Shown in pieces: positions 61,365-64,000 of a stretch of 64,000 nt of DNA. A program made the position numbers and the translations under genes. This stretch comes from Ginglymostoma cirratum (lineage: Eukaryota), in assembly GCA_024137785.1 (NCBI GenBank), contig JAHRHZ010000079.1, positions 8,597,535 to 8,661,534 on the forward strand, in the 5' to 3' direction. Each line of letters opens with the position of its first letter. Position 1 is the first letter of the stretch. The notes under the pieces were generated by a model. It did no database searches. It was not told the DNA's origin and worked only from the letters and a program-made list of their open reading frames with translations.

Positions 61365-62620
61365 AGAACATAGAACAATGCAGCACAGGAACAGGCCCTT
61401 CAGCCAACAATGCTGTTCGGAATATGATGCCACATTAAACTAATTCCTTCTGCCAGCCCTTGGTTCATATCACTCCATTCCTTCCACATTCATGTGCTTA
61501 TCTAAAAGTCCCTTAAACGCCCCGATCGTATATACCTCCACCCCTGGCAGCGCATTCCAGACTCCTATCACTCTCTGTGTAAAAAATTTGCCCCTCACAC
61601 CTTCTTTGAACTTTCCCCTCTCAACTTAAATGCGTATCAGGTACATATCAAGCAAGCACCAATGGAAGAATGTGATGATAATGCATACCCCCTCGTATTA
61701 GGCGTTTCAGTTCTGGGAATAAGATTCTGACCTTCAACTCTATCTATGCATCTCATAATTTTATAGACTTCTATCAAATCTCCTCTCAGCCTCTGCCATT
61801 CCAAAGAAAACGATACGAGATTTTTCTAGTCTTTCCTTGTAGCTCATACCTTCTAATCCAGGCAGTATCCTGGTAAACCTCTTCTGTATCCTATCCAGCA
61901 CCTCCACGTATTTCCTGTAATGTGGCACCCAGAATTGAACACAATACTCTAAGTGTGGCTGAACCAAAGTCTTATAAAGCTGCAACATAACATCCTAACT
62001 CTTGTACTCAGTACCCCGACAAATAACGGCAAGCGTGTTATATGCCTTCTTTACCATCCTATTTACAGGGCCACTTACAGGGAGCTGTGGACTTGAACCC
62101 CAAGATCCCTCTGTACATCAATGATGTTTAGGATCCTGCCATTAACTGTATACTTTTCATTTAATATTTGATCTCACAAACTGCAGCACCTGACACTTAC
62201 CCAGATTGAACTCCATCTGCCATTTCTCCACCGTATCCACAAAATTAATCTAAATCCCACTGTATCCTTCGACAACCTTCAACTCTATCTACAACTCCAC
62301 TGATCTTTGTACCGTCTGCAAATTTACTAACCCAGCCATCTATATTTTCATCCAAGTCATTTATATAAAACACAAACAGCAGAGGTCCTAGTGCAGATCC
62401 CTGCGGAATACCACTAGTCACAGACCTCCAGTCTGAAAAGTATCTTTCCACCACCACCCTCTGCCTTCTATGGGTAACCCAATTCTGAAACTATGCGGCT
62501 AAGTCACCATGGGTCCCATACATCTTAATTTTTTGGATGACCTTACATGAAGGACCAAGACAAAAGCCTTATTAAAATCTACGTGGGCAACATCCACAGA
62601 TCTACCCTCATTGATTTTTT
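61365..62620 (-). mobile_element. 5'-truncated CR1 LINE (RT to 3' UTR)
   Basis: SGIPQGSALGPLLFVFYINDLDENIDGWVSKFADGTKI and MLQLYKTLVQPHLEYCVQFW; tail (gttcta) near 61365-61380. Confidence 0.95.
61638..61682 (-). repeat. 45-bp inverted copy of local sequence 59503-59547 inserted in a CR1
   Basis: caggtacatatcaagcaagcaccaatggaagaatgtgatgataat matches the reverse complement of 59503-59547 at 44/45 positions. Confidence 0.92.
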
Positions 62621-64000
62621 TGGACCACAAAAGTTGCAGACAAAAAAAAACTCTCTCCAGGGCTGCCGTCACTCAACAAACACGTGGACAGGTCTCTCCT
62701 ACAAACTCCTTATATTGAAGCCACAGCAATGCGTAAAAGTAGTCTGCATCACCAGATGCGCCATTCTGTGGATTTAAAAACCACAGAGTGAAATTTAATT
62801 TGGTCACATCTCAATGCAAACAAGACTATATAAATGCAAGTCATTGTTCTTCTGTCTGAAATTTTATGCAGGTATCAAAACATTTGAAAATGTGACAAAC
62901 TGCATTAAAATTTCACATTAAGAGAGTTTCCCACTCTACTCACCTCGAAGGCTTTGTCTGAGAAATTTCTATCTGCAGGTTGAAGTTCATGGGGAGATTT
63001 GATCTGCTCATGCAAAGCACCTTACTGTGGTGAACACAAAATAAAAGTCTTAGAAAGGAGCTCGAATCATAACATGCCAGTTGTCACAATTAATTTGGTG
63101 AGGCTGTGAGGAAGCATTCCTGCTTCAGGTAGAATGAGTTAACCAGGTGCAAATTGCATCCAATATTGCTTTTTGTTGTTAAGATCTATTTTAATTCACA
63201 AGTCTCTGCCCGAATGCATGCATAATGCCAAATGCTAAATCTGTCATGAATCAGCACAAACATATATTTTGCTTTAAAGGTATCTCCTTGTCATACTTAA
63301 ACGTTTTTTGAAAAATGGGTGTATCACTTTTTTGATCACTTTGGAAATCAACATTAGTAAACAACCTGAAGCAAACTGCGTCACCCATGTAAATGTCAGG
63401 GACCAGCTCACCTCCAACTGGCTGGCTCAACCTGAAGCCATTGAGCAAGCAAGACACCGTTAAATGCCTCCATCTAAGGTGAACATTCCAGCTCTGAGAA
63501 CTACTGGCTGATCAAATGGCTGCTAGCTCTCTGGCCCCAGTAACATCACCAAGAGAGATGGCCAGTTTTGGGACTGCAGTCAATCCCAAAAAGAGAGCTC
63601 AGTGATGAAGCTGGACTTTGAGCTAAGTCTAGGATTTTGCTGAGGCCAGGTTAGAGGGCACCAGTCGTGAGGATGATGGCTTAGAGTGGTTATGATGGTG
63701 TCATGAACAACATGGCTGTTGGAAAGCCTTGTGAGCAGGGGTCTTCCTTGGATACAGCGGGGTCATAAAGGAAGTTTAGCCCCATTCCCCAAATTGGCTA
63801 GCCTTCAAATTAAACTCTGCTGAGTTACACACTTAGAGTGGCCACTCCGTCCTTGGGTGAAATCCCAGTGATGGCTGGTGGAGGCAACTAAGCAGCCATG
63901 AATTGGCTATTCCTGGGCCTCAGCTGGCCCTCAGGCAGGATCTCCCAATGCCAGTCCCATTGCTGATATATTTTGTAGCAAGGGCAAGCAGGCATGTGCT

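Noticed and set aside
63740-64000. Possible ancient SINE relic at the window end
   Set aside because: Too degenerate and truncated to support a call.

Overview
Eukaryotic, repeat-dense, CpG-poor non-coding DNA. The repeat families suggest a cartilaginous fish (shark): HER1-type CR1 LINEs, HE1-type V-SINEs, a DeuSINE-like SINE and shark-type Penelope repeats. This is inferred from family recall, not from a search. I could not identify any host protein-coding exon; the recognisable ORFs are decayed transposon fragments. Contents: about 15 CR1 fragments, several tRNA-derived SINE families, and a decayed Gypsy LTR element (LTR, PBS, gag) split by a CR1 and a Penelope insertion. There is also a ~4.5 kb PIF/Harbinger element with TIRs, a 3-bp TSD, a Myb-like remnant and an internally deleted transposase. 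The most notable signal is a set of Penelope-like elements and short derivatives carrying four sequence families of minimal hammerhead ribozyme motifs. Several derivatives are fold-back hairpins with 8-15 bp TSDs, and their breakpoints cluster at the 5' edge of the ribozyme core. A 45-bp inverted, locally templated insertion sits inside a CR1, and the 400-N gap may be an artefact. All coordinates and alignments were read by eye.
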